Source: Lama guanicoe (Eukaryota). Taken from it: a stretch of 64,000 nt of DNA. The DNA lies in contig MU053444.1 in the NCBI GenBank assembly GCA_013239625.1, positions 203,822-267,821 of the forward strand. Direction: 5' to 3'. Positions within the stretch are counted from its first letter, which is position 1; every line of letters starts with the position of its first letter. The translations under genes and the position numbers were made by a program. This document shows positions 50,954-64,000 of the stretch, piece after piece. The notes under the pieces were generated by a model. That model did not search any database. It was not told where the DNA came from and saw only the letters and a list, made by a program, of their open reading frames with translations.

Positions 50954-52139
50954 CCAGAGCAGACTTCTCTCCACCTGAACTCTCCGAGTAACCGGAGCCT
51001 TGGTACCAGCAGTGGCACTTTGTGTCCATCCGCCTCCTCTGGGAGTCCAGATGAATTTGGGTGAGTCTCTCCTAGTTCTCGGATCTCACGTATTAGTTGA
51101 TGATCCTGAGTTTTATTTGGCGGTGTAACCAGGTACCTGGCCCTCCAGTTGAAAGAGACTGGGGGGAATTACCGACCCAGTGGAGACATACTGGGTGGGG
51201 CCTGGTTGAAAGGTAACGACCGAGGTGGGTATGGTGGAAACATACCAGGAAAATAATCAACCAGTGGAGACGTCCTAAGTGGGTCCACGTTGAAAGACAC
51301 TGGGTTCAGGACTGATTGGTTAGGTAAGAGGCTGGTCTAATGTCCTCAATTTGGTTACCTGCATTGAATTTTTCGGAATAAAAGTAAAACTCTTATGAGG
51401 AACCTTTCGACTCCAAAAATGGGTCCCTCCTTCTGGCTGGTAACAGATTTCTCGGGTGACGGAGAAATTTTCTGGAATGGTAGAGGCAAAGACTTCATGC
51501 CATAGTGTTGTCCCTGCGTCAAATCTTACTAGCAATTTTATTCTGAGAACCCGACCTTACAATGGGGAATAGAACTTTCAAAAAAAAAAAAACCACACAG
51601 AACAGAAAAGAAAAAGAAATGACAGATTGCCAGCCTCCAACTAATACCCTAGCCAGGTTTATATACATACAAAACTTACAACATTAAGTACGAATTAGAA
51701 AAAAACGTCACTCTGAAAGTAATTAACCAGGCCTGATAAAATATTTTTTGGAATTCTGAACTTACAAGAACAAAATCCCCTTTAGGGGGAACTTGGATTT
51801 CTCTTCCTGTGTCCTTGAAATGTAAACGTTTTATCTTTCTCTGGGTGTTTTATGTGTGTGTATGTATGTATATATGTGTTTCCTTTTTTTTAAATGAAAG
51901 CTTGGACTCTGCCATATAAAAGGTACAAGTATTGTTTACATATGGTGGCCACGCAAATAAATTGGGATTCTCAACAATCCTTTGTACCAATTTTCAGATA
52001 TTTTCCATCTTAACGGTTGTTGCATCAGCCTGGACCACAAAGGCTTTTAGATTTTGGAAAGTAAAGTTTTGAATTTTATTTAGGCAACACCCCCACCCTC
52101 ATGTGGAAAAGCCTTTTCATCTTATTCATTTAAAATCAC

Positions 52140-52188
52140 TATATATATATACACACACACATATACATATACATATACATATATATAT
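52140..52188. repeat. (TA)n(CA)n compound microsatellite
   Basis: Directly visible. Confidence 0.9.
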
Positions 52189-53821
52189 AAAATTTGATGG
52201 CCATATGATGGATCCTTTAATTTGGGAAAACTTTTAAATTGGTGAAAGTTGAAAGAGCTCTCATTATAAACAGCTCTTTTATTGGTACCTATTAAAATCA
52301 AGTTTAAAGGTAGAAAAATATATCTAATGGTTAACCTAAGAACTTAGTTAAAAAAAAAAACTGGTTTGAAAAGCTACATTTGTATTTTTCCATTTCAATC
52401 AATGGTTTTAGAGATGCTAAAAAATACTTAGAATAATTAATGTTAATTAGGTTGACTAATTGGAAAAAGGATTGTAAAAATGTAGGAAAAAAAAAGAAAA
52501 GTGTCTTATCCTAAATGGATAAATATTTTTATATGGTTATTTTGAATGAGATAAATAAAATGGACATTTTTGGATTTAGATACAAGGTTTTGATACTACA
52601 CTATGTAAAGTAAAAAAAAAGGGCCAAAGAGATCACCTACTGCCTCCCAACATTAAAGTTCAAACAAGTCCGCTTTACCACACTTTATAATATATGTATG
52701 TATAGAGCAAAAAAAAAATACATATTTATAGACTGAAATACTTGATCAATGATTGGAACAACAGACCAATTAATCAAATTGAAAATTGAGAAGGGCCTAA
52801 GCTCTTTGGCTCAAACTTGGGGATCCCAGAGACTTTTCTATATAATTAGATATAATGCACAAAAAAAAAAAAGGCTTTTGGCATTCCTTCTAGAAATAAG
52901 AATTACTGATTAAACCTAATAAATATAATAATTAAAGGTATAAGATTTATTAAAATTGAGATAAATGTTTGTAAAATTGGTATATTTAAATGGGCTTTAT
53001 ATAAAACTCTTGCTTAATTGCTTAATTATATTGTGGGATAGATATGTTTCAATGGAAAAACGCTTCCCCTTCTTGGTAATATAAGGCTGGGCACGTATCT
53101 GCCCCTTAGAAAATATTAATTGAACAAAGTAAAGGAAACTGATAGAGTTACATGAGTCGACCAATATGACGTAAAATTAAAAACTAATATTCAGTGGCTA
53201 ATAAACAATAAAATAAGAGGTTTACCCTGAGTTTAACTTACAACTCAAGGAAAAGAGACCTCACTAAATGCCTTACGCAAGCTTTGGAAGACATGATAAA
53301 GTAAATCTTAAAGTTTTAAAACATGGAATTCTTTGTTTACAGCTATTCTCACTGATACAAAAATTCAATTAAGGAGATACAATTGGACCTGGGTGACAGA
53401 GCAGTTCTCTGGGGAACTGGAAGCCTCTGTCTTTGTTTTGCAGATCAGAAATATAAATACAGCAAACAGTGAACTAAGACTGAGCCTAATTAGCTCAACG
53501 AGATAAAACTTGAGGCCAAGAAATTTTTGGCATTTGAGAACTCAGAACTCTGATGCGTCCTTCAGCATTTGTCAAGAAGACTTAAATGTCTGTTTCTTAA
53601 ATAGTAAGCCTTAGTGATTTGAGCAAGCAAATTCAGCTTACTCCAACTATTTTTATACCTAACTTATAAGTAAGGTTTAAAGTGAGCCTATGAGATCTCT
53701 AGCTTTTGTCTGTTTATAAGCCTGTGTACACATTATAGATGTGAGATATTCCTTCAGCTAAAAAAAAAAAAAATCAAAGTCAAAGAGCTCTGCTTAATTG
53801 ACGTAAAAAAAATAAGAGCTT

Positions 53822-53942
53822 CACAGACAAAAAAAAATGTGACAATGAGTGTGTATATGCCCATGAATGACTGAAAAATTGGGCTGAACACTGGAATTTG
53901 ACACAACATTGTAAAATGATTATAAATCAATAAAAAACGTTA
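53822..53942 (+). mobile_element. Severely 5'-truncated L1 3' tip inserted into the ERV
   Basis: Near-identical to 29170-29292; flanked by direct repeat AAAAAAAATAAGAGCTT (53805-53821 and 53943-53959). Confidence 0.93.
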
Positions 53943-56197
53943 AAAAAAAATAAGAGCTTACAAATTAAGTATTTTTAAAATAAAACTGACCAAATTGACT
54001 TTCAGTGTCACGTGAACTGGAAAATATTCAATATTAAGAAAATGTTTGATATTGTTTAGTTTATGTATGTTCTAATTAACATAGACATCTTTAAAGTCAT
54101 CCATATTAAATACAATACATTTACTGTACCTAGGTTTAATGAAAGTCAAATAAGATTCTTTTATTTCTGTTGCAGATTTGTCAAGAAGAAAAATAGCAAT
54201 GTGTTGTAGTAAAATTTTAAGTAAATTAAATGCAAATGAGGTGAGAGCTTTGGATAAATTTTTAAAATATATTTTTAAAATGTATGCTTAAGACAATCTC
54301 GAAATGTTTGGTATCTTTAAATTCTAGAGTTGTGCTAAATTAAGTTAAGTGATAGGATTTTATTAAATAGCTATGCCATTTTCAGATAAAATAAGATTGA
54401 AATATGAATTATTAACATTTAACTTACTCTTACAGAGAAACTAAAGGTGTTTAGAAATATTAATAAATGGTTGGTGCTACCCTGAAATAATCTCTATTAT
54501 TAAGGGTATTATCTCAGTATCCTAGGAAAGTAAGATAAATGTGTAAAGGAAGATATAAGAATGGAATTATATTTTGTTAATGAATAATAGTGACTTTCTT
54601 CTGAAGCTGGTTACTTCTGAATGGAAGAGAAAATAAAGGACACACTAATGTGAGTATAGAAAGCTGTGGAAGGCTTGTGGAAGAGGAACCCTGAGGAAAG
54701 AGTTGTGTACGTGGTCGGAATTGGCTAAGTTTAGAGTCAACTTGGGCAAAGTAAATGAATCTTAGAAGTAATCTGGTACATGAATAGATTTGGTTTTCTC
54801 TCTGTTAAGAGGACAAAAATTTCTTAAAATGTTAATCCACCTTCAGTAACAGATTGTAAAACTTCTTATACCACATAACTGATCTGCTCTGCCTTTACCT
54901 TTGACGTATTTTCTTGTTAATGAATAAGTACTACTTTACAGTGATCTATACGTTTATCTGACCAAGTGTTCTGAAAACTTTTAACAAGCTCCCCAAATAT
55001 CAATTCCTAATTAAACTTCTTTTAATCTCCAGTTAAGTTTGGGATGCTACAGAGGGCCCCTGAAACATCCCAAAGAGAGATTTTAAATTAGTAAGTTTCA
55101 TTTGGCATGTTAAATAACATGGTATTGTCAAATGAATAATAAATCTTCCTAGGTCATATGGTATGAGAAAATATTATTAATGTAGATATTCTAGAAATTA
55201 TATGGACTCCCTAAAATTCTGGTATATCTGAAATGTTACCAGTCATAGTTCTGGTTATAGTGACCAGCTTTCTTTATCGATTATAGTGTAACGCTGTTTA
55301 ACCATGATTTTAAATCATTTCTCATTTATAGACAGTTAATTGTTTTCTTCTGATGATTTTGAAAAATGCTTTGTCTTCAAGGAGATTTATTTATTTCAAA
55401 TAAATTTCAAACTATAGCACTGAACTAAACTGGGTAAGAAATTTTAAAGGTCTAATGAAAATTCTGATTAAAAGATTTAGTTCCATGGGACTGAGTAAAC
55501 TGGTGAATATGGTTATACTTTTTGATTTTGTCTGAAATACTACTGGCTTTTAACCTGGTTCCCAGACATAAAAAACTCTTCTTCTTAAGCTAGTTATGAT
55601 TCACAGCAATTTGATAAATTATACCTATGTAAGCAGACTTGGAACAGCTATATTTTCTCTCTATCTGATCCCTCAAGACACTAAAAACTCTAAGGCCTCC
55701 AGTGGCTCTATAAAACAAATTAGGAAGATCATCTCCTAACAGATATAGGAATCTCAAGGTATTTTAAGGATTTTAAAGAGAAAAGAATTTACCTAAATCT
55801 GTAAGGCAGAAATCCATGACAAATTCTTGACGAGGCTTTCCGGGCCTTAGAAAACCTTATTAACATTCTACACTGAGACTCCTTATTAAAAGTTTCAACA
55901 CAGCCAATTTTAAAAAGCCTATATGATTAAATAATCAGACTTAGCTTGTAATCAAATTAATCTTGATTTGACTATATTTGAGAAAATTAGGGTAACTTTA
56001 GAGAGAAAAAAGATTATATTTAAGTGGGTATTAAATTCTAGTTTTGTTAATTGAGGTCTATATTTACTAAGACACTTCCCAGATCATTCCTTGCTGTTAT
56101 GTCACATTGCTGTAAAGATTAACTGAATTATGAAAAGAAAACTCTAGGTTTGTTTCTGAGGCTAAGTAATCTATCCTTGGGTAAAGTTCCAATGCCC

Positions 56198-56345
56198 CAT
56201 GACCTGCAGCCAGGGGATTATACATACCGGAACAGGCATGACTTAAAGAACTGACTCCAACCTGAATGGAAGGACCCTTTATCAGGTACTCTTAACTAGA
56301 CCGTACACACCAAAGCTGAAGGAAACGGACATTCAGATTCATTTC
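56198..56345 (+). pseudogene. Integrase C-terminal (GPY/F) remnant of the ERV
   Basis: HDLQPGDY...LQPEWK, frameshift, YQVLLT...KLKETDIQIH, resembling the gammaretroviral PGD..L.P.WKGPY.VLLT..WIH pattern. Confidence 0.75.
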
Positions 56346-59300
56346 CTATCAGAAAAAGCCCCTGTAGTGCACTGGCCTATAGAGCACTGCTCACCTTAAA
56401 ACAATGCCCAAATGGAGAAAAAGCTACCCAGGCCAGGATGAGAAGAAGACAACATCTGAAGTAGACTACTGACCCAAGACACCGGACCAGGCCTGTATAA
56501 AAGTTACTTTGATAATTTCTCCTACCTTTGATTATGAACTACTCCAATTGTTAAGTTTATGGTAAATTATCTATGTCTAATACTTCTGTGTTACCTTCGT
56601 GAGTTTCCCTACTCCAAGGCTCTAACTCGATAGCCCTCAGAAACGTTATTCTAAAAAGAAATTATTGTTTTGTTTAGGTCACTGTTGATCTTACAAGGTG
56701 GGAGACCTCACCTGGCCAATTAATACCTGCTCTGACCCTTACCATAAATATGAAATATCTCATAAGATCACTCAAACTCAATCAGAAACACAAGCAAAAT
56801 TTTAACCCAAAAATATAACTTCTCGACTATTAAATTCTTACTCATGACTTTATTAACGTTACTAGTTGAATTAATTATATCCTGTCTATATAATAAAATT
56901 GTTGTCTGTTACGTTTCCCTATATGTAACTAGGCCTAAAAGATTGATGATGGCTAAACATTTTGAAGAAATAGATAAAATTTATAACTCTGTGTAAAATA
57001 ATTGTATTAGTGTGATTCTAGTCATGGGAATGAGCAACAAAGGGTAAACATTTCCTGGATCATAACAGACTAGTAAGACAGGCGATCCAGCGAACTTTTA
57101 GTATCAACAGGGCCTGATAAAAAAAACTAACACCTTGAATGGCAGCTCAGAAGATTCTTCACCTGAACTAGGAATGAGCCGTCCTAGCACCGTGGGACAA
57201 AATTGGTCATGAAATGTCTCTCAAAATATTGGTCGAATTTAGGACCAAGGGGGAGCATTGTGAATGAAAGTACTACAATGTGAAAGAAAATACTGCAACC
57301 ATGTCACTAATAAAGAATGCTGAAACCATGTCATCAGCGGCTGCTCCCACCCCTCAGCGAGGACAGGCCTGCAGCCCAGCCTCTCAGCCACTCACAGTGG
57401 TGCCCTCTAAGTGGACTCAGAACAAAAAAGGACAGGATACTGGCCCTAGATAGCTAGGTGCTTGTTAAAGTATGAATTCAATGACCCAAATGTTTGCTTC
57501 CTCCCATACGTAGAAAACCACTAAATTCTTGAACTTGAGATACCTGGCTTTCTTTAGATAACAAGCAATGTTTTATTGTTCCAACTACCTGGTCTTTGTT
57601 GTAAAGCTCCTATAGATCCTAGCTCCTCCCCTACCTCTTGGGAGCAGTCCCTCAGAGTGATTTGAGAGGCTGTCTTCCTGGCTCGAGTCCTCCCGCCAAA
57701 TGAAACACAACTCTTAAATTTAGGCTGAACGCTTATTTCAAACAAGTCCCAGAATAAACACAACTCATCACTTCTGTAATGGAACACACGGGATCAGGAA
57801 CCAAAAGCGTGTTCTAGTCCTGAAAAACTACGGGTTCCTCTTTGTTCCTGTCATTATACAATCCCACCAGAACTCATTACTTTGCAGTCTGCTCATCTGG
57901 CAACCAAACTTTGAGAAGTGTCAGCTCAGCTGAGCGCCCTACTGGGGAGAACAGCCCACAACAGCACTGCAGGTTGCCTGCCCTCCCGCACGCTCTGCTG
58001 ACCCCTCGTGTCCTCCGTGGAGACCAGACCAATAGAGCTGTTCCCAAAAGCTGCAAAGTCCCACAAGTTAAGCAAATCATTTTATTTTATAGAATATGTT
58101 ACGTATATACCCATCTCTGAAAACAGCTTTGCCAGAAGCCCAAATCTTCAACATTAATCTGCAAAGGCAAATCCGGTCCCCAAGGGAAAACAAGTCTTAA
58201 GACGATGCTAAGGTCTCCAAAGTTCTCTCCAAGACCATAAACCAAACTGCCTGCAGGTCTGCAGCTGCAGGCGGCAACAAGCCTGCTTTTAAAAGAACCC
58301 CTTCATGCCCTCGGGTGCTACAATGTCCCTCTACGCCCTCCCGTCTCAGGGTAAGAGCAGCCGCTGCAGAACCTTGCAGGGCAGCACTGACAGGACTGGA
58401 CAAAGGGGATCAAGCTAAACTAAGCCTTCTGGATGACACGAGCTTAAAACTGTGGCACAGATGAAGATATATATAGAGAGAGGTGGGGTGATATTGCTCA
58501 AAGTCACACAGCTAATAACTGGCAAAGTCTATAACTCTGCTCCTCCCTCCGGCGTGACGCCCCAGCTGGGATGGCCACAGAGTTCTCTCGTGCCTGCCTG
58601 ACCAGTCCTTTCCTGTCACTCATAACCCACCACAGTGTGTGACCCTAGCCTGCCTTTTCAGCATCTTTTCCCTCCAGTCTCTCAGGAACAAGGCTGCTCT
58701 GGCCACTGTATGACTTCTGGCTAGCCAAACCCTCCGTGTTCAGGCTGGTCTTGCCTATGCATCCGGCCCCCTGCTCAAAGGGTTTCCTCCACTGCAGGAG
58801 GACGTTTCCACTCTTGGCAGGGACACCCCCTCAGAGGAGCCCTCTTCTCGCCCTCAGCACAGCAGGTGTCCCAGGCCACATCCCGAGCTGCCCCATTAGG
58901 CCTGCGTGTGCCCAGGTCTGCTAGTCAGACCAGCAGCCTCAGAGCCAGGGATTATGCCCGGGTCAACCTGCAAACCTACTGCCCGTCTCACAGCCCCCAG
59001 CCAACAGGTCACCTGGAAGTCACAGCAAGTACCGCACCCAGTCCAGAAGTCTCTTCATTTACCAGCACCGCTGATGACTGTTTTCCATCCTTTGGTCAGT
59101 TTCGCAAAAAAAAGCACCTTCCACTGTGAATCGGGGGGTTTTTGCTTCTGCTCCCCATCCTTACTGGAAACGTCAAGGGAACCCAAAAGGCCTTTTCTCA
59201 ACACTTTTTTGATGACACCCTCCCACCCACAATACTCACATGCTCAAGAGATTTGGGTCCACGTGATTTTGCTTTCCTTACGCTAAGTGGCTAGAAACAC

Positions 59301-59859
59301 TGCGGGATTCTTTCTCTTTTGAGGGTATTTGTACTCAGTTTATAAGCTTTAATCTGTTTTTGTCTCTCTCTTCAGTATCCCTAGCAGTTGCCACTTCTTA
59401 CTCCCTTCAGCAGCCTCCCTCCCAACATGTAGTCTAGGAAATCAGCTGTGATGAGGGGCACGGGGTCAGTCACAGAAGATGCAACTAAGTCATAAAGAGG
59501 CTACAAAATTTGCCCATGAAGGTCAGCATTAACCCCCAACAGTGTGTGTCACGTCCCTCTGTTTAACTCTTATGCTAAGCAAGTTAACTTTTTGTAGATT
59601 ATAGTTATAAACAGATGAGGTATCAAAATATATACAAGGACACACATCATTTCTAAGATATTCATTAACTCCACTATTTTGTTACTATTTATTTTATTTC
59701 TATTAAAAAAAATTAAGAAACTCTGCAGTCAATATAGCAAAATGTTACTGGGTTTTAAATCCAGAATATAGAGGTGTTAAGTGTGTCATTACTCATACTT
59801 ATTTGTATGTTCACAAGACAAAATGATTTGAAAGTCTCTCTCCTCTCACCCTACCTACT

Positions 59860-60290
59860 ACTAGCTCTCACCAGAGCTCCCAGACCACACATCTATCAGC
59901 CTTTCACTTTACCCACAGCTGAACCCATCAGATTTTCCCCAGAACTCCTTCTGCAGCTTTCCCTCATCACAGCACAGCAGGGCCATCATTAACCTCATTA
60001 ATCCACCCAGAAACCTGGGCCTTACTCCATTCTACCTTCACAGACAGCAAACATCCTTTCATTTTTACTATCGAAACATGTCTTCAATCTGTTCGCTTTT
60101 ACTCACTGACCGTCCCACCGCTCAAGTAGAAGCCACAAACACTGCCCACCTGGACTCACGAGTCTCCCAAGTGTCCCCACAGCCGCTCTCCCCTACTTGA
60201 GACAAATGGGATTGTGTCACTCCCGCGCTTTTAGGACTCTTTTCAAACCCACTGTTCTTAGAAGAAACTCCCAGTTCTTCACCTGGTGAA
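59860..60290. mobile_element. Decayed L2 fragment (others at ~34200-34320 and ~41870-42000)
   Basis: Pyrimidine-rich L2-like phrasing (CACCTGGACT, TGTCACTCCC...CCCACTG...AGAAGAAACTCC). Confidence 0.45.
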
Positions 60291-60988
60291 GGTCTTTGCC
60301 ATCAAACTGTCAGATCAGGGTGGGCAGGACATGCCCTCTCCCCTCAGCCCCACCCTCTGGCAGAGCATCAGCTTGGGAGGACCTGCTAAGCTACACCAGC
60401 CTGTATTCTAAACCTGGTATTGAGTTCTTAGCAAACTGCTTCAATTATCCATACAAATCCAAGATATATTAGAAAGATTTTAGATGTTGATCTAGATTAT
60501 TGATTTGGGGATTTTGCACTAGCAATCTGCAAATACATGTTCTAATAATTCTGTCTTCTAAAAGCCACACCCGGATTTAAGTAGTACTTGTGGAATGTCT
60601 TCGGAGTAAAAGGGACTGTACTTTTACAGACTTTATGTTTTATAACACGAACAACCCGCACAGGGTCACAAATGGACCTTCCTCACAAGTGACAGAAGAC
60701 AGTTGAGAGGCATATAGCAACAGGTCACAAAGATAGTAAGAGCAAAGTAGATTCTTCAACCCCCGAAAAAATTAATCAAGGAAGTGAAAACTCTGAATTT
60801 TGAAAGTAAAATACTATCATATAAAGAAAAAAATAAATAATCCTCTTCATCATGGTTTCAAGATCTGACTCCAGAATTTTTAGCATACCATACTGAATCA
60901 TAGCACTGAAAACTCAGATGGACTAGTGGTGAATAATTTCCAGGAAAACTGCAGTAATTCGTTCACTTGTAAAAGGACATACACTCAC

Positions 60989-61112
60989 CTGTTGAAAGTG
61001 AATGTAAATCGCATTCTGGAGAAATTCAGAAGCTTCCAGTCTCCGCTTCTGGATGGAAAGGACATGGACAGCTTGGAAGCATGCTTCTAACTCAGTCACC
61101 GGCATTCTTACA
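60989..61112 (-). pseudogene. TRAPPC9: TRAPPC9 duplicate, preceding exon, 124 bp with a 2-bp frameshift deletion
   Basis: Acceptor CTCCTTTTCCCCCTGCAG and donor CAG|GTGAGT. Reads CKNAG, then a frame change, then [36 protein letters not shown]. Recalled human: [42 protein letters not shown] (42 codons = 126 bp). Directly precedes the 37382-37595 peptide in the protein. Confidence 0.93.
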
Positions 61113-62280
61113 CTGCAGGGGGAAAAGGAGGCCCTCAGTCAAAAGCAGAGATGTTCCTGTCGTGTCTCACATGCCGTGCCTCGGGGACTCAGTGCCCTGC
61201 AGCAGCCCGGCCCCAGGCGAGGACCCGCAGCGTAGCCCACCCAAGCAGGAGGAGCACTGTGCTTGAGAAAGCCCATCCCCAATGGGGGCAAGAGGGGCTG
61301 GTGGGGTTGTGTGAACCTATAAATGCCCATAGAAATACACCTGCATACAATCAAGTGATACAATTAAAAGTAGAAGGCTACTTAACAAAATTTCAACTGT
61401 CAGTGAAAATTTTACCATTCCTTTTCTCTTGTTCCCTGCACTCTGAAACAGGCTTAGGCTCTTTCACACCTGCAGCTCTGATGCAATAGTTGTGAAGTTA
61501 TTTTAATTTGCTGCAAGTGTCTTCACTCCCCGTGTCGCTGTGACTGCGTCTCTTAACAGAGTCAGATGTCTTCCTGGATCTCTCCCTGAGTTCCTTGCTC
61601 CTGCTTCTCAGATCCTAAGATAAAGGACAAGTAAAAACACATGACTAGAAAAGGCACTGTGGACTTCACCAAAGCATTCAGTGACCCCTAGGTGAGTGCT
61701 TCCCACCCCTTACATTCGATTCTCAAGGTTCTGCCCAGGGTGACCTCCAGACAGGATAGCGTCCTGGGCCAATTAAATGCTGTGTGGCTTGGGCACAGGG
61801 ACAAGTGCAGGAGCTGGTTCCGGAGCTGGGCCCCTCCCCACGTCTGCTACTTTCTCTCCCGAGGCCCCGCTGCCAAGCCCCCAGGCTCCCTGATCTTCTG
61901 TCCTTCTCTTGTACTCTACTCCAAGCCCTTTTCCTCTTCCTTTAGTCCCTAATTATCCCCAGCTGGAGTGATAGAGTGATTTTCAATCACAGTATCTGAA
62001 AAAATTTCCTGCAGCTGAAAATGAGATCTCCAGAGGTCAATGCCCATATGCTGGTTCTTGAAGAGAGCCCCAGGTTAGAGAGACCCTCACCAACACTCAC
62101 AGGGCATCAGACATGTTGCAGGGTCGAACACCCCCAAAAAGAGTTTGCTGTGACCTCAAGGCACGCACAGCATCCCTGCTAACAAAAATGTAGTTGGCAC
62201 ATTTATCCGTTATTAAGAAGCAAAAATAAAAAATTGTTCATGTTTCTTACTAAAATTATTTATGAGGTGGAAAAAGAAAT

Positions 62281-62820
62281 TGTAATAGAAAAGAACAAAT
62301 TTGACTTCATGTTAGATGTGTTCCTTTGGCTTTAAACCTGTGCCCTGTTTACTAGGCTCAGACTTGCTAGCTCTGCACACACCTTTTGTAAAAGAAAGTT
62401 GCCTTTATCCTGAAATATCCAGGAGGGCCTATTCTGCGGGCTCTGATCTTTAAGGATGTTAGCTCTTCTACACTTATGTAGAGATGGCTAGCTGCAAAAT
62501 AGAGAATAACTTTTTTTTTTTGGAGGTTTTAAAGGGTCACCATGATTTGACCCACATGGATAGCTGCAAGAACAAAGGATTCCAAGGAAAGCAATTCATA
62601 CAGCAAGAAGTTTGCAACAACCAACCACACCCCTGCCCCTTTTTAGTATAAAAGGAGACTGAATTCTGACATGGGGAAGAGGGTTCACCAGGATATCAGT
62701 ATGCCATCTTCTGGGTCTGCCAGCTTTTCAAATAAAGTCACTATTCCTTGCTCTAACACCTCATCTCCCGACTTACTGGCCTGCCACTCAGCAAGCAGAA
62801 CAAGTTTGGACGTGGTAACA
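62281..62820 (+). mobile_element. Solo ERV1 LTR (MER34/MER39-like 3' end)
   Basis: TGTAA...TAACA termini, perfect 4-bp TSD AAAT (62277-62280 and 62821-62824), TATAAAA at ~62647, AATAAA at ~62731. Confidence 0.92.
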
Positions 62821-64000
62821 AAATGACTTCATTGGAGGTAGTATGTCTCCACTGTTTCCCCATTTCCAAAATGTCACAACCTATCAAATTTATATGCTGT
62901 TTAACAACACAACCAAAAAACCTATCATAGGGAATTGATTCCACCGAAATAAAATTACTTCTACTCCCTTCAAAACTGTTTTTCTTTTCTATTTTATTTG
63001 TTTTGCTTATTGAAAAGAAAATAAAAGTCAAATCTATTTATTTCACGTGTTTTTGTTACAGCTGAATATTTTAAATACTAAAAAGATAATAAAATTGCAA
63101 TAAATAATTGTTTATATATTAGTATAAAGATATATAAACAAAGTGGATTAGGAAAGTTATGGATATTTACTAAAAATCCACTGCATATCCAGTCTTTTAC
63201 AAGCATATCCTGGAATATAAGCTCTGTGATCCAGGGGTCCACCACCCCCATTCTCACTGCCGAGTTCCTTAGTAATCAACTACCAAGGCACCAACATAGA
63301 ACCTCGCGATCAGTATTTTAGGTATAAATGAGGGAATTAGCTCATTCAATTCTATTAAAAAAAACTTAAAATAATTACTGAACTTACAGACAAGGAAAAT
63401 TGGACACAAAAAAGTACAGTCTCTTCCCCAAGGTCACAAGGCTAATAACTATAAAGGCAAGATTTGTACTCATCTGCCTGATTCTAAAAACTAAGGTGGA
63501 AATCCCATTTGACTGTGGGGGGTCCAGCAGCAATGGCTATCACCGTATCTTTGTTCAGATCTAGCCTTAGACAGCCTGAGACAGCACCCCATTCCTATGG
63601 AACTCGAGGGCAAACCATATCAATAAGGATTTTATATTCAGTAATTTCTTAGGTCTCATTTATATAAAGTGTCAGCAGGTCAGCAGAAAATCTCTAGGAA
63701 ATATGAGTGGATCCAGAGCTTTTTGCTGATTAGAAACTCAGTCAAACAGGACAGAGTGACCTTCCCATGAGAGGCCACATGGACATAAAGTAAATGCAGG
63801 TGAGCAATGAAAACTAGCAAGACCCTGGAACTCAAGCAAGAAGGACCCCTGCCATCCCCTGCCCAGTTGCCTCTTCACCTGCATGGACACAATGGCAGAA
63901 GACCCAGGTTCTTGTCCAAGTTACACCAAGATGGATTCTCACCCTTAAAAAGTTACGACCCCATGCTGTCTTAAGTCGTTTACAACTCAAATATGATGAC

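Larger units (their letters stand above)
50438..57744 (+). mobile_element. Complete non-autonomous ERV1-class provirus (7.3 kb)
   Basis: 5' LTR 50438-~50931 and 3' LTR 57259-57744. TSD AGTC at 50434-50437 and 57745-57748. PBS at 50936, PPT at ~57247-57255. AT-rich interior without long ORFs. Confidence 0.96.

Noticed and set aside
37382..61112. Functional TRAPPC9 gene
   Set aside because: Frameshift, lost donor, codon deletion and heavy amino-acid divergence.

Overview
Mammalian genomic DNA, most likely camelid (Vic-1-like tRNA SINEs and camelid-type L1 3' ends, recognised from memory). I found no intact protein-coding gene. Left half: a palindrome-like structure of at least 28 kb. Arm 1 (1..~10116, probably continuing off the window) is the inverted, roughly 90%-identical copy of arm 2 (~18400/19000..28134). 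Between the unique parts of the arms lies a ~13 kb array of a ~248-bp satellite (~7420..20640) that flips orientation once at ~10117. The array is layered: homogeneous core, degenerate edges, and the same unique flank on both sides. After a 79-N gap (31716..31794) the right half is a decayed, intron-containing duplicate of part of TRAPPC9: two minus-strand exons at 60989..61112 (frameshifted) and 37382..37595 (dead donor). Its intron holds a complete 7.3-kb non-coding ERV1-type provirus (LTRs, Arg-like PBS, PPT, 4-bp TSD, gag/IN remnants), nested L1s, SINEs, a MER2-like element and a solo LTR; another solo LTR lies just beyond the upstream exon. All identities are estimates by eye and all family names come from recall; no alignments or searches were run.
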